Positions 41,726 through 52,013 of a DNA stretch of 64,000 nucleotides are shown piece by piece. Position 1 is the first letter of the stretch; the number at the start of each line of letters is the position of its first letter. This DNA is from a virus. Taxonomy: Duplodnaviria; Caudoviricetes. The stretch is taken from positions 3,306 through 67,305 of IMG/VR virus record IMGVR_UViG_3300037420_001238; one strand, 5' to 3'. Under the pieces are notes generated by a model, which worked only from the letters and a program-made list of their open reading frames with translations, was not told the DNA's origin and ran no database searches. The translations under genes and the position numbers were made by a program.

Positions 41726-43899
41726 TACGGTGCCACCCCATGGTCGGCGAAGTTGCGATTCATCTCGCGCTGCACTGTGGCTTTGGCAGCCGCGGCCGCG
41801 GCGCCGATGCCGGCGAGAATAGACTTCAGTTCTCTGGCCATAGCGATTGCCGCCTGAAGCTCCGCGGTATTGACCTGCGGCGTGGCCTGCACCGACAGCG
41901 CGGACTGGATCTGCTGGCCGGCCTGCTGCGCCTCGTTAACTGATTGGCTATAATCCACCGGCTTCGGTCCGGAGCCAGAGAATGCCCGATGCATTCCACC
42001 TTCGAAACCGCCAGGGAACTGCGCGTCGAACTTGCGCTGATTTTCCATGTCGATCAGCATATTGGGGTTGTAGTGGAGCGCAGACTCGTAGCCGGAGTGC
42101 GGGACCGCGTTGAGGCCTTCGTAGGCCGTGATACCGGCTGCAAGCCACGGGGAAGCGCGACCGAGAAGGCCGCCCGCCCACGGCGCAAGGCCCTTCAGTT
42201 TTGACCAAATACCTCCCTTGCCTGGCTTTGTCAGGTCGCCGGCGGCACCCTGCCCGCTCAGAGCCGCGGCCGCGATCTGCAGTTGGACGGCGGCGGCATT
42301 CAGGTTGGTGCCGGCCGTCATGAGTCCCCAGATGGCAGCGGCGATCTTCCACGTACCGAAGGCGGCAACGCCGGCGCCGGCTATGATGCCGCCCTTGGCC
42401 AACGGATCGCCATCACGCCATGCCTGCTGCAATTGGTTGATGCCATTTGCGAGGTGGTTTAGCCCGGCCACGATGGTCGGCATGGTATCCTCTCCGAGCG
42501 CGGCCGCCAGATTGCGCAGCGATTCGATGAAGCCCTTGTAGGCGACGAATGGATCTTTGAAGCGCGCTTCGTCGGCGGCTTCTGGCCCCATTGCCGCTTC
42601 ATATTGCTGGATTGCGCGGTCGATCTGCTGCTGCTGAGTGATCATGCGCGTGATCAGGCCGGATGCGTTCGTGTTCCTGGTCAGCATCGCGACCTGCTTG
42701 CCGACCTCGACGTCGTCGCTGGTGTTGACCCCATTCTTCTGAAGGGCTGGGATCAGCACGCTCTTCACCCAGGCATAAGGATCTGTTCCGAAGAGCTTGT
42801 CCTGGACTAGACCGCTATCGTTCCGGATGCCGATCTCGCGCTGGCGTGCCATATTCGCCTTGTTGGTTACCGCGTTGGAACCGATGACGAATGCCTGGTA
42901 GGCGCTCGAAAGCGCCGTGCCAAAGCCTTCAGCAGTCATGTCCTGCGACAATGCGGGCTGCACGTTGGCAAGAAATTTGGTTGACAGTCCGGGAACAGCA
43001 ATCTTTCCTCGGCGCGCGAACTGGAAAAGCTTGCCTGGGTCAACGTCAGAATCCACCTGGGCGGCGCGGATCATGCCAGCGATGATATCCTTCGTGGCCT
43101 GGATGCCGATGTCGCCGCCCTGATTCTGCCCGGCGTTGTCGATACCGCGGAGCAGGTTCACGAGTTGGGTGTTGGCGACATCCGTTCCCTTGGTCGACTG
43201 CAGGGCAACCATGCCCTTGACGAGTTCAGGCAGGATCTCAAGCCCGCGCTGGGTTGTCCCCATCATGGCGCGCGCATTGCGGGCCATATCGGCAATCTGC
43301 GTAATCCCCACCGACGGGTACTGGCTGCCAAGCTTTTCGGAGGCGCCGATGATCTGGTCTTGCTCCGGGCGCGGGATGCTGGCCACCTTCTGGCGCCACT
43401 TCTCCCTCTCCCATTCCGCCGATGCAATCACGCCTTCCCGGCCGGCGACGCCGGCCATGTAGACGCCGGTATAACCGCCAAGCGCAACCAGGACCGGCTT
43501 CAGCGCCAGTTCCATGCGCTTGCCCATTATACGAGTTCTGGACTCGATGATCTTCGCTTCTTCATTCCAGGCCTGCCGGATGCCGGCGAACTGTTGGAGC
43601 GCTGCGAGTTTGAAATTCGTCCGCTCATTGCCGGCCAGCGACTTGCTGAGATTTCGGCTGGAGATATCGGTATTCAGGCGATCCCAAGCAATCCTCAGTT
43701 TTTCGATGTCGGCTGCACCGGCGCCCAGCTTCTGAAGCTGCTGCTCAAACCGACCGCCCCAAGAGGCGCTGTTGAGCTTGCGTGCCGCGGCCTCAATCTT
43801 GCTGATGGAGGTATCGAGGTTTGTGGCTGCGGTCTTGGCCGCTCCGCTCATCTCGTCCTTCAGCCGAAGGATGAGCTCACCGATGAATGTGCGCGCCAT
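41725..43899 (-). CDS. Tape measure protein
   Basis: Long A/G-rich helical ORF between the tail chaperones and gpU. Confidence 0.88.
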   Translation of the reverse strand: MARTFIGELILRLKDEMSGAAKTAATNLDTSISKIEAAARKLNSASWGGRFEQQLQKLGAGAADIEKLRIAWDRLNTDISSRNLSKSLAGNERTNFKLAALQQFAGIRQAWNEEAKIIESRTRIMGKRMELALKPVLVALGGYTGVYMAGVAGREGVIASAEWEREKWRQKVASIPRPEQDQIIGASEKLGSQYPSVGITQIADMARNARAMMGTTQRGLEILPELVKGMVALQSTKGTDVANTQLVNLLRGIDNAGQNQGGDIGIQATKDIIAGMIRAAQVDSDVDPGKLFQFARRGKIAVPGLSTKFLANVQPALSQDMTAEGFGTALSSAYQAFVIGSNAVTNKANMARQREIGIRNDSGLVQDKLFGTDPYAWVKSVLIPALQKNGVNTSDDVEVGKQVAMLTRNTNASGLITRMITQQQQIDRAIQQYEAAMGPEAADEARFKDPFVAYKGFIESLRNLAAALGEDTMPTIVAGLNHLANGINQLQQAWRDGDPLAKGGIIAGAGVAAFGTWKIAAAIWGLMTAGTNLNAAAVQLQIAAAALSGQGAAGDLTKPGKGGIWSKLKGLAPWAGGLLGRASPWLAAGITAYEGLNAVPHSGYESALHYNPNMLIDMENQRKFDAQFPGGFEGGMHRAFSGSGPKPVDYSQSVNEAQQAGQQIQSALSVQATPQVNTAELQAAIAMARELKSILAGIGAAAAAAKATVQREMNRNFADHGVAP

Positions 43900-44129
43900 T
43901 ACCTCACCTTCCAGCCGGCCAATTTCGCCTTAAACATGGCTTCCGACGATTGATAGTTGAAAGCCACGCAATACCACTCGAGGATGTCGATCCACTCCAT
44001 TTCGAGGATCTGCGGTATCGGGGTCGAGAACGATGCGGCGATCAGCCCGACGTATTCTCGCCAGGATCTTGGGTCGACAGCATTTCTTCGGCCAGACCGT
44101 ATGCCGCTATCAAGCGGCGGGGAAAAAAA
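43899..44129 (-). CDS. Frameshift extension of tail assembly chaperone (gpE'-like)
   Basis: The -1 frame after CCT TTT TTT is open to TAA 43899 and encodes SWREYVGLIAASFSTPIPQILEMEWIDILEWY. Confidence 0.75.
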   Translation of the reverse strand, partial: FFSPPLDSGIRSGRRNAVDPRSWREYVGLIAASFSTPIPQILEMEWIDILEWYCVAFNYQSSEAMFKAKLAGWKVR

Positions 44130-44416
44130 GGGCGAGCCGCTCTGTCGACAGCCTCCTGGTCGTCATCGTCCATTGCATCCCAGACCTCCTGGGGGCAATC
44201 CACCATCGGAGCGACAGCGCTGCTGTTTCCCGAGCGTACTAGGTTCATGTATGTCTCGACCTCTTTACCGGTCACCCGATGGACTCGGATCTCGGTATAG
44301 AGCTTCCCGTCGAACTCGACGGGGTATTCGAGCGGAACCATCTTCTCCCTCTCTTTGGGGGAGACGATGCGGGCGACTGGCGGCTCGCCCACCGTCTTCG
44401 TCTGTTCATCCGCCAT
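44042..44416 (-). CDS. Tail assembly chaperone (P2 gpE-like)
   Basis: VPLEYPVEFDGK...IRVHR, DAMDDDD; directly after the tail tube. Confidence 0.85.
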   Translation of the reverse strand: MADEQTKTVGEPPVARIVSPKEREKMVPLEYPVEFDGKLYTEIRVHRVTGKEVETYMNLVRSGNSSAVAPMVDCPQEVWDAMDDDDQEAVDRAARPFFPRRLIAAYGLAEEMLSTQDPGENTSG

Positions 44417-44418
44417 GA

Positions 44419-44952
44419 TCAGGTACCAAGCCCAATGTTACGGGCGACCTGCCGGAAAATGGTCCGGCCGTCGATGCGGACTGCGTTCGGACCGCCGAAG
44501 ACGTCGATGAAATATTTCTCGTCGCCGCCGATCTTCAGCATATACCGCGTGATCTCGTTGATCTCGTAATCAGTGTTGATGCCGTCGTCCTTCTTGAACT
44601 CGCCCATATCGACCTTGGTCATTCGGCCATGGACGACGCAAACGAGCGGGATGTCCTCTTGGGTGGTGACGTTGGCGACGTTGCCACGGATGGTGTAGTG
44701 CTCCCGGCGATTGGTCATGAATTTGTTCATGACCTTGAGGTTCAGACCAGCCAGGTTGAAGCTGATCATGAGAGCGCCGATGCTGCGCATTCCGATCTTG
44801 ACCCCGGCGATGCCACCGCCGGGCTTGAACTCTTTCGTCGCCTCCTCGAGCGCGGGGAACTTGACCGAGTTCAAGACAAGGAATTGCGAGTGGTCGGGGT
44901 CGTCGTCGCCGGCAAACAGGTTGGCGGTGTCGAGGTTGTAAATGGTGGCCAT
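44419..44952 (-). CDS. Tail tube protein (P2 FII-like)
   Basis: FPAL...EFKPGG, G.M.KVDMGEFK and ID...VRIDG. Confidence 0.9.
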   Translation of the reverse strand: MATIYNLDTANLFAGDDDPDHSQFLVLNSVKFPALEEATKEFKPGGGIAGVKIGMRSIGALMISFNLAGLNLKVMNKFMTNRREHYTIRGNVANVTTQEDIPLVCVVHGRMTKVDMGEFKKDDGINTDYEINEITRYMLKIGGDEKYFIDVFGGPNAVRIDGRTIFRQVARNIGLGT

Positions 44953-44980
44953 GGTCTAAATCTCCTGGTCTACGATGGGA

Positions 44981-46459
44981 TCAGGCCACGGCCGAGCCGA
45001 GCTGGATCGAGATGTTCTGCACGAGCTCCGTCAGCGCCTCACGATAGCGGCGCGAGCGGACGGTGATCTTGCGCAGCGGTGGCGGCTCTTCGGCCCGGAA
45101 GGCGATGGTGAGGAAGCCGAGACGCAGATCCTCCGGCGTGTTGAGATCCTCGACGAAATCGATGCGGTAATCGAGGAGATCGCCGTTGGCGCGCATCTTC
45201 GACAGTTCCGACTCCATCGTGTTGACGACGGCCTGTACCGTCTGGATGGTCAGGTTGAACCGGCCGAGATAGGTGCGCAGCGCCTTGATCTGGTTGATCT
45301 CGATATAGTCGCGAAGCCGAACCACGTTGGCGAAGAGCCACTGCGTGTCGGAGGCGAGCGTATCGGTGCCCCAGAAGATGAAGCCGCCATCGGTCAGGCT
45401 GCCGTCGACGCCCGTCTCACCGCGGATGACGATGCCACCGTTCTCCTCGATATAGGTCATGCCGAGTGAGGAGTCGGATGTGATGTCGAGATCGATCTTC
45501 GGCGAGATGCCGACCAGGCCGTTGATGTTCTGGTTGGCGATCGAGTGGCCGGGGATGCCATCGAACTCGGAGTCGCGGCGCGCATAGAGCGCGATGATGT
45601 AGGGCGACAGCGGCTTCGTCACGATGCTTTCGCCAGAGAGCACCATGGCATCCTGCGCGAGAGGATGGATGATGTTCATGTCCTCGGGAAGAAGCTCCTT
45701 CCACGTCAGCCAATTGGCATGCGAAGATGTCGGCCCTTCCGGCAGGAACTTGGCCTTCAGGCGAGCCAGGATCGTCGGCAGGCTGGCACAGATCTGGTTG
45801 CCAAGCGTTGCCGTGGTGACTGACGCCGCTGCTCCCGTGAGCCCGGTGGACGCGGCAAAAGAGAATGTCGGTGCGACGGTATAGGCGCCCGGATTGGTGA
45901 TCGTGATCGCCGTGAGGGTGCCGCCAGCCACCGTGAAAGTGCCTGCGCCGCCGCTTCCGGTTCCGCCAGTGAAGGCCAGGGCAAAGGTGCCGTCAGTCCC
46001 TCCGGTGCCGCCAGTGATGGAACCGTGGCCGGTGATGCCGAGGTAGGTCTGGCTGGTGTAGCCCGGAACGATGATCAGGCGCGGAGTGATGCCGAGATCG
46101 GCCGGCGCATCGAGCAGCGCCCAGATGCCGGTCCGCGTGGTTTCGTCGCCCAACAGCAGTCCGATCTGGGTGAGCGCACTCGCATCGTCGTCGACACGGA
46201 CAATGACCACCTTGGCGGCCGCAGTAACCAGCTGGGCGGAGATGCCGACAAGGGCGTCCACGATGGTGCCGCTTGTCCCGAGCAGAGCACGCGTGGCACT
46301 GTCGTTGGTGTAGAGCAGAACCGCGGTATCCAGCGGGAAAGCAGTGTCGTCCGCATCCGGAGCGGTACCGACGATCGCGATGACGCTCATGTCGGCCCCG
46401 ATGATGGACTGAGGCTCAATGCCATCACGAATGTGTTTCACACCCATCACTTGGGCCAT
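44981..46459 (-). CDS. Tail sheath protein (P2 FI-like)
   Basis: SVIAIVGTAPDAD...FPLDT, PRLIIVPG, GFIFWG.DT and EPPPL..I. Confidence 0.95.
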   Translation of the reverse strand: MAQVMGVKHIRDGIEPQSIIGADMSVIAIVGTAPDADDTAFPLDTAVLLYTNDSATRALLGTSGTIVDALVGISAQLVTAAAKVVIVRVDDDASALTQIGLLLGDETTRTGIWALLDAPADLGITPRLIIVPGYTSQTYLGITGHGSITGGTGGTDGTFALAFTGGTGSGGAGTFTVAGGTLTAITITNPGAYTVAPTFSFAASTGLTGAAASVTTATLGNQICASLPTILARLKAKFLPEGPTSSHANWLTWKELLPEDMNIIHPLAQDAMVLSGESIVTKPLSPYIIALYARRDSEFDGIPGHSIANQNINGLVGISPKIDLDITSDSSLGMTYIEENGGIVIRGETGVDGSLTDGGFIFWGTDTLASDTQWLFANVVRLRDYIEINQIKALRTYLGRFNLTIQTVQAVVNTMESELSKMRANGDLLDYRIDFVEDLNTPEDLRLGFLTIAFRAEEPPPLRKITVRSRRYREALTELVQNISIQLGSAVA

Positions 46460-46480
46460 GATAAATCTCCTGTTCAGGGC

Positions 46481-46505
46481 AAAAGAAAACCCGCCAGAGG
46501 CGGGT
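46481..46505 (-). terminator. Rho-independent terminator within late operon
   Basis: Minus strand reads ACCCGCC-TCT-GGCGGGT-TTTCTTTT. Confidence 0.8.
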
Positions 46506-46795
46506 CAGGTTGGCAGGGTCAGTTCGCCGTCCGGCGGGTTGACGATTGGATCTGGGAACCTTGCTGTGTCCTTGGCATCCTCTCGGTAGGGAAGCACCAG
46601 GACGATCTGAAGGTCGCCGGCGATGCGCCGCGGCTGAGAGGAAATAAATTTCGACGGAGGAATCCACGCTTCGTCGAAATCTCCCTCCACGACCGAAGAG
46701 AAATCAAAAACATCACCGTTGATGAACAACTTTTCGCCGGCCTTTGAGACGGCCAACACCTCATCAGAACGCTGGGGTGACCAGATAATCTTCAT
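46505..46795 (-). CDS. Tail-fibre assembly chaperone-like protein
   Basis: MKIIWSPQRSD...INGDVFDFS...IVLVLPY; TGATG overlap with the fibre stop. Confidence 0.75.
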   Translation of the reverse strand: MKIIWSPQRSDEVLAVSKAGEKLFINGDVFDFSSVVEGDFDEAWIPPSKFISSQPRRIAGDLQIVLVLPYREDAKDTARFPDPIVNPPDGELTLPT

Positions 46796-47679
46796 CAGAA
46801 CCACCTGCCAATTGCGATGACGTCAACATAAAGATGGTCGCTGCCGCCAAAATTCGTAGCGCCAGTAATCGTGTAGGCAGTGATGGCAACCGTGGTCGTC
46901 GTCTTGGTTCCGTGAAGAGGAGACAAAATCTCGCGCGATGTCGGGGCGGCGCCGGCGAATGCCGTCGTCACCGCATCTGTCCCGACCTGAGGCTTAAACT
47001 CGGAATGGACCCTATATGTATTGTCAACGAATGCGGCTGGAAACGTCCACGTTGCGCCGCATCGACTCGTCGATATGTTGTCGAGAGTTAGAGACCCCCA
47101 ACAGATCTGGGTGCCGTCAGCGAACCTAACATAGTTTCCGTTGCTGTTCGACCCGGCCTCCACCAGCGCTCCTGTGGGCGTCCCGCCGGATTGTGAAACA
47201 GAGCCGAGGATATTACCTCTCCTGAAGGCGTATTTTGCCGACAGTGCGCCGAAGTTCATGTCCTCATCGGGATAGGTATGCGTCCTGGTCGTCGCAGTGG
47301 AGAAGCTGGCAATGTCGATCGCCAACTTTTTGCTGTGATCTAATGTGTCGACGAACCTGTTGTTGGTCAGCAGGTTCTTGTTAGCGACGTCCTGCACTCC
47401 AGAAGGCGTCAGCGAATTCGTCAGGATTTCGTTTCCAACCCAGGCTGTGTTCGGGATCTGCTGACTGCTATCTCCGGGGTCAGGAGTTGGAACTTCAGAA
47501 ATACCAGTGAATGTCGGAGAGTCGATCGGTGCTTTGGCCGCAACCTGCGCGCCCAAGTTTGCGACGTCGGCGTCGATGGCATCCAGCGCCGCCCTCAGCC
47601 TTGCGACATCTTCCGCGAGGAAATTGTCGCCATATGGTTTCGGATAGTTCTGGTTTGAGGTGAACTCTTCAACAGCCAT
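46795..47679 (-). CDS. Tail fibre protein (gp53-like C-terminal module)
   Basis: TSNQNYPKP, APIDSPTFTG..VPTP and GSNSNGNYVRFADGTQICWG...WTFPAAF. Confidence 0.85.
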   Translation of the reverse strand: MAVEEFTSNQNYPKPYGDNFLAEDVARLRAALDAIDADVANLGAQVAAKAPIDSPTFTGISEVPTPDPGDSSQQIPNTAWVGNEILTNSLTPSGVQDVANKNLLTNNRFVDTLDHSKKLAIDIASFSTATTRTHTYPDEDMNFGALSAKYAFRRGNILGSVSQSGGTPTGALVEAGSNSNGNYVRFADGTQICWGSLTLDNISTSRCGATWTFPAAFVDNTYRVHSEFKPQVGTDAVTTAFAGAAPTSREILSPLHGTKTTTTVAITAYTITGATNFGGSDHLYVDVIAIGRWF

Positions 47680-47686
47680 GGGAGCC

Positions 47687-50600
47687 TCAAACCGTAAATG
47701 CGCGAAGATCGGCGATCGCCGGCCGCGCAGCTGGCGTGCCTGTCAGGGTGATTTTGATGCGCCCTCCATCCGGTGCAGCAAACGCTGTCTTCTCGTAGGA
47801 GTATTCGACGAAGCCCTCGTCGATTGGCGTTGTCTCGGTCAGCGTCATGTTCTGCCAGCTGTCGTCGTTTTTATCGACCTGCACGCTCAAGGTTGATCCG
47901 CCAGGCAACCACGTCGACATTTCCGCATGAACGTCGACCGGATTTCCCATAGTGAACGACGTCCCGATGTATGTTCCGCTCGCCTGCATTGTGCCAAACA
48001 CGATCAGGATATCTCGACTGAGGATGGGGCTGGCCCGCTCTTTGCCCGTAAGAATCGCATTCACCTTGACGTTTCCGGTATAAAAGCTCGTAAGCTCGAT
48101 GTTCTGTTCTGGAAGCACGTTGTAGAGCGTGCCGCCGACATCCACCTGGAAGACGACGCTGGTGCCAGCCTCAGGCAGAAATACTGCAGCGAGGACCATG
48201 ATGTCGCTGACATTGCTGACCGCGAACGTGCCAACGTTGATCGTCTTTGTCAGCGGTGAGAAGACGCAGGCGTTAAGCCGGTATGTGATGTCGCTGTTCG
48301 GATGCAGCTTCCATGAAAGGCTGTTCGAACCGTCGAAACGATCTCCTGCCGTGTAAGGCTGCTTCGTCACGTACTTCTGTGCATCGGCATCGAAGTCGCC
48401 GAGAGTCGCGATCGATATCGAGTGGTTCGCGTCATCCGTCTTCACTACAAAGGCGAGATAGGTGTCCTTCGGCTGGTAGAGCGGATACTTGAAAACGAAA
48501 TCGGTCCACTGGTTGGCAACCACGGACGTCATGTCCACACGGATCGAGTTCAAAACGTGTTGCGTCGGAAATCCCTCATTACCGACAGCGACGATGTCAA
48601 TGATCACATCATTGTTGCGGTTGCCGATCGCGCAAAACTTGAGCGACACACTCGCGATGTGCCTGCCCTTGTTGAGCACAAACGTCTGAGCCTGCGGGTC
48701 GTTTCCGCCCCTACCATCGTTCGGCCACGCGGTGTCGTCATCTGGATATACCGGGAAATCGATCGGCGGATCATCGCGGAATCGTTCGATGATCGTGATC
48801 TCGATGTTCGTCGTGTCCGTTTCCAGGATGCCCTGGCCGCGGAAGCGAGTTGTCGCCTTCCTGCCTGAACCGCCAACACATTTGACCGCCTTTCTGCCGC
48901 TCGGCATCTCGGCCGGGATCGTAAACGTGCCGGTGATCACGCCCTGGCTATTGGCAACGAGCCCACCCGGGTTCACGTCGACTCCGCCGAACGTCAGTTC
49001 TGCAAGGGTCTCGCCAGCACCCATTCCTTCAATACGGAAGTCGATGTCTATCTCTCGCAAATACCGCAGCTTTTCCCGATCGACAGTGGTCACCGTCTCG
49101 ACCTTCTTCACGCGCTGCCTGTTATGGCGGCCGATGACCTTTGTCGTCTCCGAGTTGGTGACTTCCTCAACATCGACCCAGAAATCGCGCTCCGGATCGA
49201 TGGAAATGTCGATCGGCAGCGGGCGAAAATTCATGTAGGGGTTAATCTTGACGCAGCCGGTGGCGAGATCTTGTTTGATCACCGGCTCCGTCGTGTAATT
49301 CAGCATGCCGAGGCTCGACAGCCGCACCTTTTGGAAGGTCGGATCGATGGCGATCTGCAGGGTTCCTTCGAAAACTGCTGCGGTCTGGGTCTCGCCAAGA
49401 TCGCGGTAATCGTCGTTCTTGAATGGATCGGTGAAGACGCCGAGCATAAGCCCGGGGCTGCGCGAAATTGCCTTCGTCTTGAGACGCTCGATCGCAATCA
49501 GATCCAACGCATCGATCAGGCGCTCATAGACCGCATTGAGCTGCTTGAAGGTCATGGCCGTGGTGCCGTCGTTGACGATCGTCGGCTTTCCAAACCAGTC
49601 ATTCTCCACCACGCACAGCGACAGAGCGGTATCTGGCTCCTGCGGTGGATGCGGATTTGTCGGCGACGACTCGCCGCGGACATACTCAAAATCGCCGTCT
49701 TCAGTCAGGCAGATGCGGTCCTGGCGCGGAAGTTTGTAGGTGTAGGCCAGGAAAACGTCCTTGCCGACAACGCCGCCCGAGAGCGTCACCTTGCGATCGG
49801 TGAAAGTGTCTGGGTCCACCTGGTCGAGATATTGATAGGTGACGTCGTAGGACGACCCCGTCGTCGGCTCGGCGCCAGCCGGCGCCCAGCTGACAGCGTC
49901 GCCGCTGCGGACATAGTCTGTGGTGGCAACGTAAGTGGTTGCACCCTGAACGACAGAGACGATGCTTGTGACACTGTCATCCGGCAGTGGGTCAGTGCTG
50001 CCCGTCACTCCCTTGACCAGCGTCACCGTCCGCTGCTTGGTGATGATGGCCGCATCGATTGCGGCGATCGGCGGATGGCGAACGGTGATCACCGAAGTGC
50101 CGGACGTGTCGAACGTGTGCGGCTCTGCGTTCACAGTTCCGAAGTCCGGATCTTCCAAGACGGCAATCCGTGCGTCTGATGTCCGGATGACCTTGATCCC
50201 GTTGACGTTTGCCTCGCCCGCGCCAATGGAGAACAGCCTGTTCTCGCCGTCGAGCTTCATGGCCCGGACGCTGCAGCCTTTGACGATATAGTTGCCATGG
50301 GCGCCGAAATCATAGCTCTGGATTTGCTTCTGCACGCCTGTCAGGTTCGTCGGTGCCTGGTTGGCGACAACGACGCCATCCCGCATCAGGACGTATTGGA
50401 AGAAGTCTCCGACCCCGCCATCGTCTTCGCCGGAGTCCGCAACAAATCCCCAAGCGGTCGCCAGCGTGGTGCGCACCGCGCCCTCTTCACCATAAGCCTC
50501 CGTTCCTTCGACCAAGCCATAGAAAAGGTTGTCGTCGGCAGCCGTGATGATGGTCTCGACAACGCGAACACCCAAGGCAACATCGCCCACCATCGGGACG

Positions 50601-50914
50601 CCTGTGAGCACGGTTTGGTCTACGGCGCGAGGAGCGCCGATCAGATAGAGAATGCCGGCAGTGATTTGCACCGTGCCAGCATCTGTATCGATGATGATGT
50701 CGGCGCCTGACAGGCGGTCGCCATCTTTGGCGACCAGATCGCCAACGGCCTTGCGACGCTGGAATTCGCGTGTGAAGGCTTCGTTGACGTCGGACGCCTG
50801 GGCAAAGTCGCCCTCACCGAAATAGACTCGCTCGACTTCCGGACGGTCCGCAGTCCTGTCGCGAACATTGGAAAGCTCCGGATGCTCGCTTGGATCAAAA
50901 ACGGTGGTTGCCAT
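47687..50914 (-). CDS. Large baseplate/fibre-attachment protein (DUF4815-like)
   Basis: F..GDF.QASDVNE, G.YIVKGC, G.FTDPF.NDDYRDLG and DPQAQTF. Confidence 0.8.
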   Translation of the reverse strand: MATTVFDPSEHPELSNVRDRTADRPEVERVYFGEGDFAQASDVNEAFTREFQRRKAVGDLVAKDGDRLSGADIIIDTDAGTVQITAGILYLIGAPRAVDQTVLTGVPMVGDVALGVRVVETIITAADDNLFYGLVEGTEAYGEEGAVRTTLATAWGFVADSGEDDGGVGDFFQYVLMRDGVVVANQAPTNLTGVQKQIQSYDFGAHGNYIVKGCSVRAMKLDGENRLFSIGAGEANVNGIKVIRTSDARIAVLEDPDFGTVNAEPHTFDTSGTSVITVRHPPIAAIDAAIITKQRTVTLVKGVTGSTDPLPDDSVTSIVSVVQGATTYVATTDYVRSGDAVSWAPAGAEPTTGSSYDVTYQYLDQVDPDTFTDRKVTLSGGVVGKDVFLAYTYKLPRQDRICLTEDGDFEYVRGESSPTNPHPPQEPDTALSLCVVENDWFGKPTIVNDGTTAMTFKQLNAVYERLIDALDLIAIERLKTKAISRSPGLMLGVFTDPFKNDDYRDLGETQTAAVFEGTLQIAIDPTFQKVRLSSLGMLNYTTEPVIKQDLATGCVKINPYMNFRPLPIDISIDPERDFWVDVEEVTNSETTKVIGRHNRQRVKKVETVTTVDREKLRYLREIDIDFRIEGMGAGETLAELTFGGVDVNPGGLVANSQGVITGTFTIPAEMPSGRKAVKCVGGSGRKATTRFRGQGILETDTTNIEITIIERFRDDPPIDFPVYPDDDTAWPNDGRGGNDPQAQTFVLNKGRHIASVSLKFCAIGNRNNDVIIDIVAVGNEGFPTQHVLNSIRVDMTSVVANQWTDFVFKYPLYQPKDTYLAFVVKTDDANHSISIATLGDFDADAQKYVTKQPYTAGDRFDGSNSLSWKLHPNSDITYRLNACVFSPLTKTINVGTFAVSNVSDIMVLAAVFLPEAGTSVVFQVDVGGTLYNVLPEQNIELTSFYTGNVKVNAILTGKERASPILSRDILIVFGTMQASGTYIGTSFTMGNPVDVHAEMSTWLPGGSTLSVQVDKNDDSWQNMTLTETTPIDEGFVEYSYEKTAFAAPDGGRIKITLTGTPAARPAIADLRAFTV

Positions 50915-50921
50915 GAAATCC

Positions 50922-52013
50922 TCAGAAGCCAAGCGTAAAGACGATGCGCTCGCGCACCGTCAGCATGAAAGGGAGGTCGAACGCAGTCTGGCCGACCACG
51001 ACTTCAGCGCCAGTGAACTGAATTTCGTCAGGGGTCAGCCATCGTTTGAATGACTTGACGCCCGCAACAGGAGATGCGTTGAACGCGATGGCTGCGAACG
51101 CCGCCGCCTCCCCGGCTCCATCTCCGAAGCCTGTCTGGACGGTGTACTGAATGAAGAATTCATCGCCGTAATCGGTTTCTGCCGGGGTGATGTCTACCGG
51201 CGCCATGATCACCAGGGCGTATCCGATCACCGTCTCATCCGCGCGCAGGAAGGCCATATAGGTGCGTTTGCGGAGGATAGACCATGCCTTGAGAAAGCCG
51301 GCGTCGGAAACCTCATTCCATGTCACGCCCGGGGCATTCCATGTGATATCGGAGGTCCACGGAAACGACAGTCCATTGACGAAGTCGATATTCAGATCGG
51401 CCCAATCGGTGATGTTCGCATAGGACTCAATCTCATGAGCTCGCCCATGGCTCCATTTGGTCTTACCGCCTGGCAGCCGGACGCCGGAACTGTCGCCCCA
51501 AAGGCTATTGCCCCATTTCTTGCCGGACCATTCCAGGCCACGGACATCGTAGCCGAAGTAGCCGCGGAAAAACTCCGACCGCGCCGGATCCGAAATACCG
51601 GCCAGATATTCAGCATCGGTGAGGCGGGCGACCTCTTCGCTGGCGGCTGGGATTTCGCCCATACCGATCTGATAGAGGTGCCAGCGGCGGCGATGCCGCA
51701 TCTGATCCTCAATCGTGATCGCGTCATAGGAAATCCATGACAGCGATGTGGTCAGCGCCTGCGGCGTGCCGCGTAGCCCCTGCCAAACTCGACCATCGTC
51801 GATCAAATCTTCATAGTTGTCGAAGAACGCCGAGATGTATCCCAGGCCATATTCGAATACGAGCCATGGAGCGACGGTGACGTTGAGCGGCCGATGATAC
51901 TTGACGCCATGCAGGTCCGTGACCGCATCGCCAACTTCGCTAGGCAACTCGATCGCTTCGGCAATGGCCCGCTCGAAATACTTCGAGTTCGTGGGCAGTA
52001 GCGCGAGCGACAT
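50922..52013 (-). CDS. Baseplate protein I (P2 gpI-like)
   Basis: LLPTNS..FERA, APWLVFEYG and W..LRGTP.AL..SL.W. Confidence 0.88.
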   Translation of the reverse strand: MSLALLPTNSKYFERAIAEAIELPSEVGDAVTDLHGVKYHRPLNVTVAPWLVFEYGLGYISAFFDNYEDLIDDGRVWQGLRGTPQALTTSLSWISYDAITIEDQMRHRRRWHLYQIGMGEIPAASEEVARLTDAEYLAGISDPARSEFFRGYFGYDVRGLEWSGKKWGNSLWGDSSGVRLPGGKTKWSHGRAHEIESYANITDWADLNIDFVNGLSFPWTSDITWNAPGVTWNEVSDAGFLKAWSILRKRTYMAFLRADETVIGYALVIMAPVDITPAETDYGDEFFIQYTVQTGFGDGAGEAAAFAAIAFNASPVAGVKSFKRWLTPDEIQFTGAEVVVGQTAFDLPFMLTVRERIVFTLGF

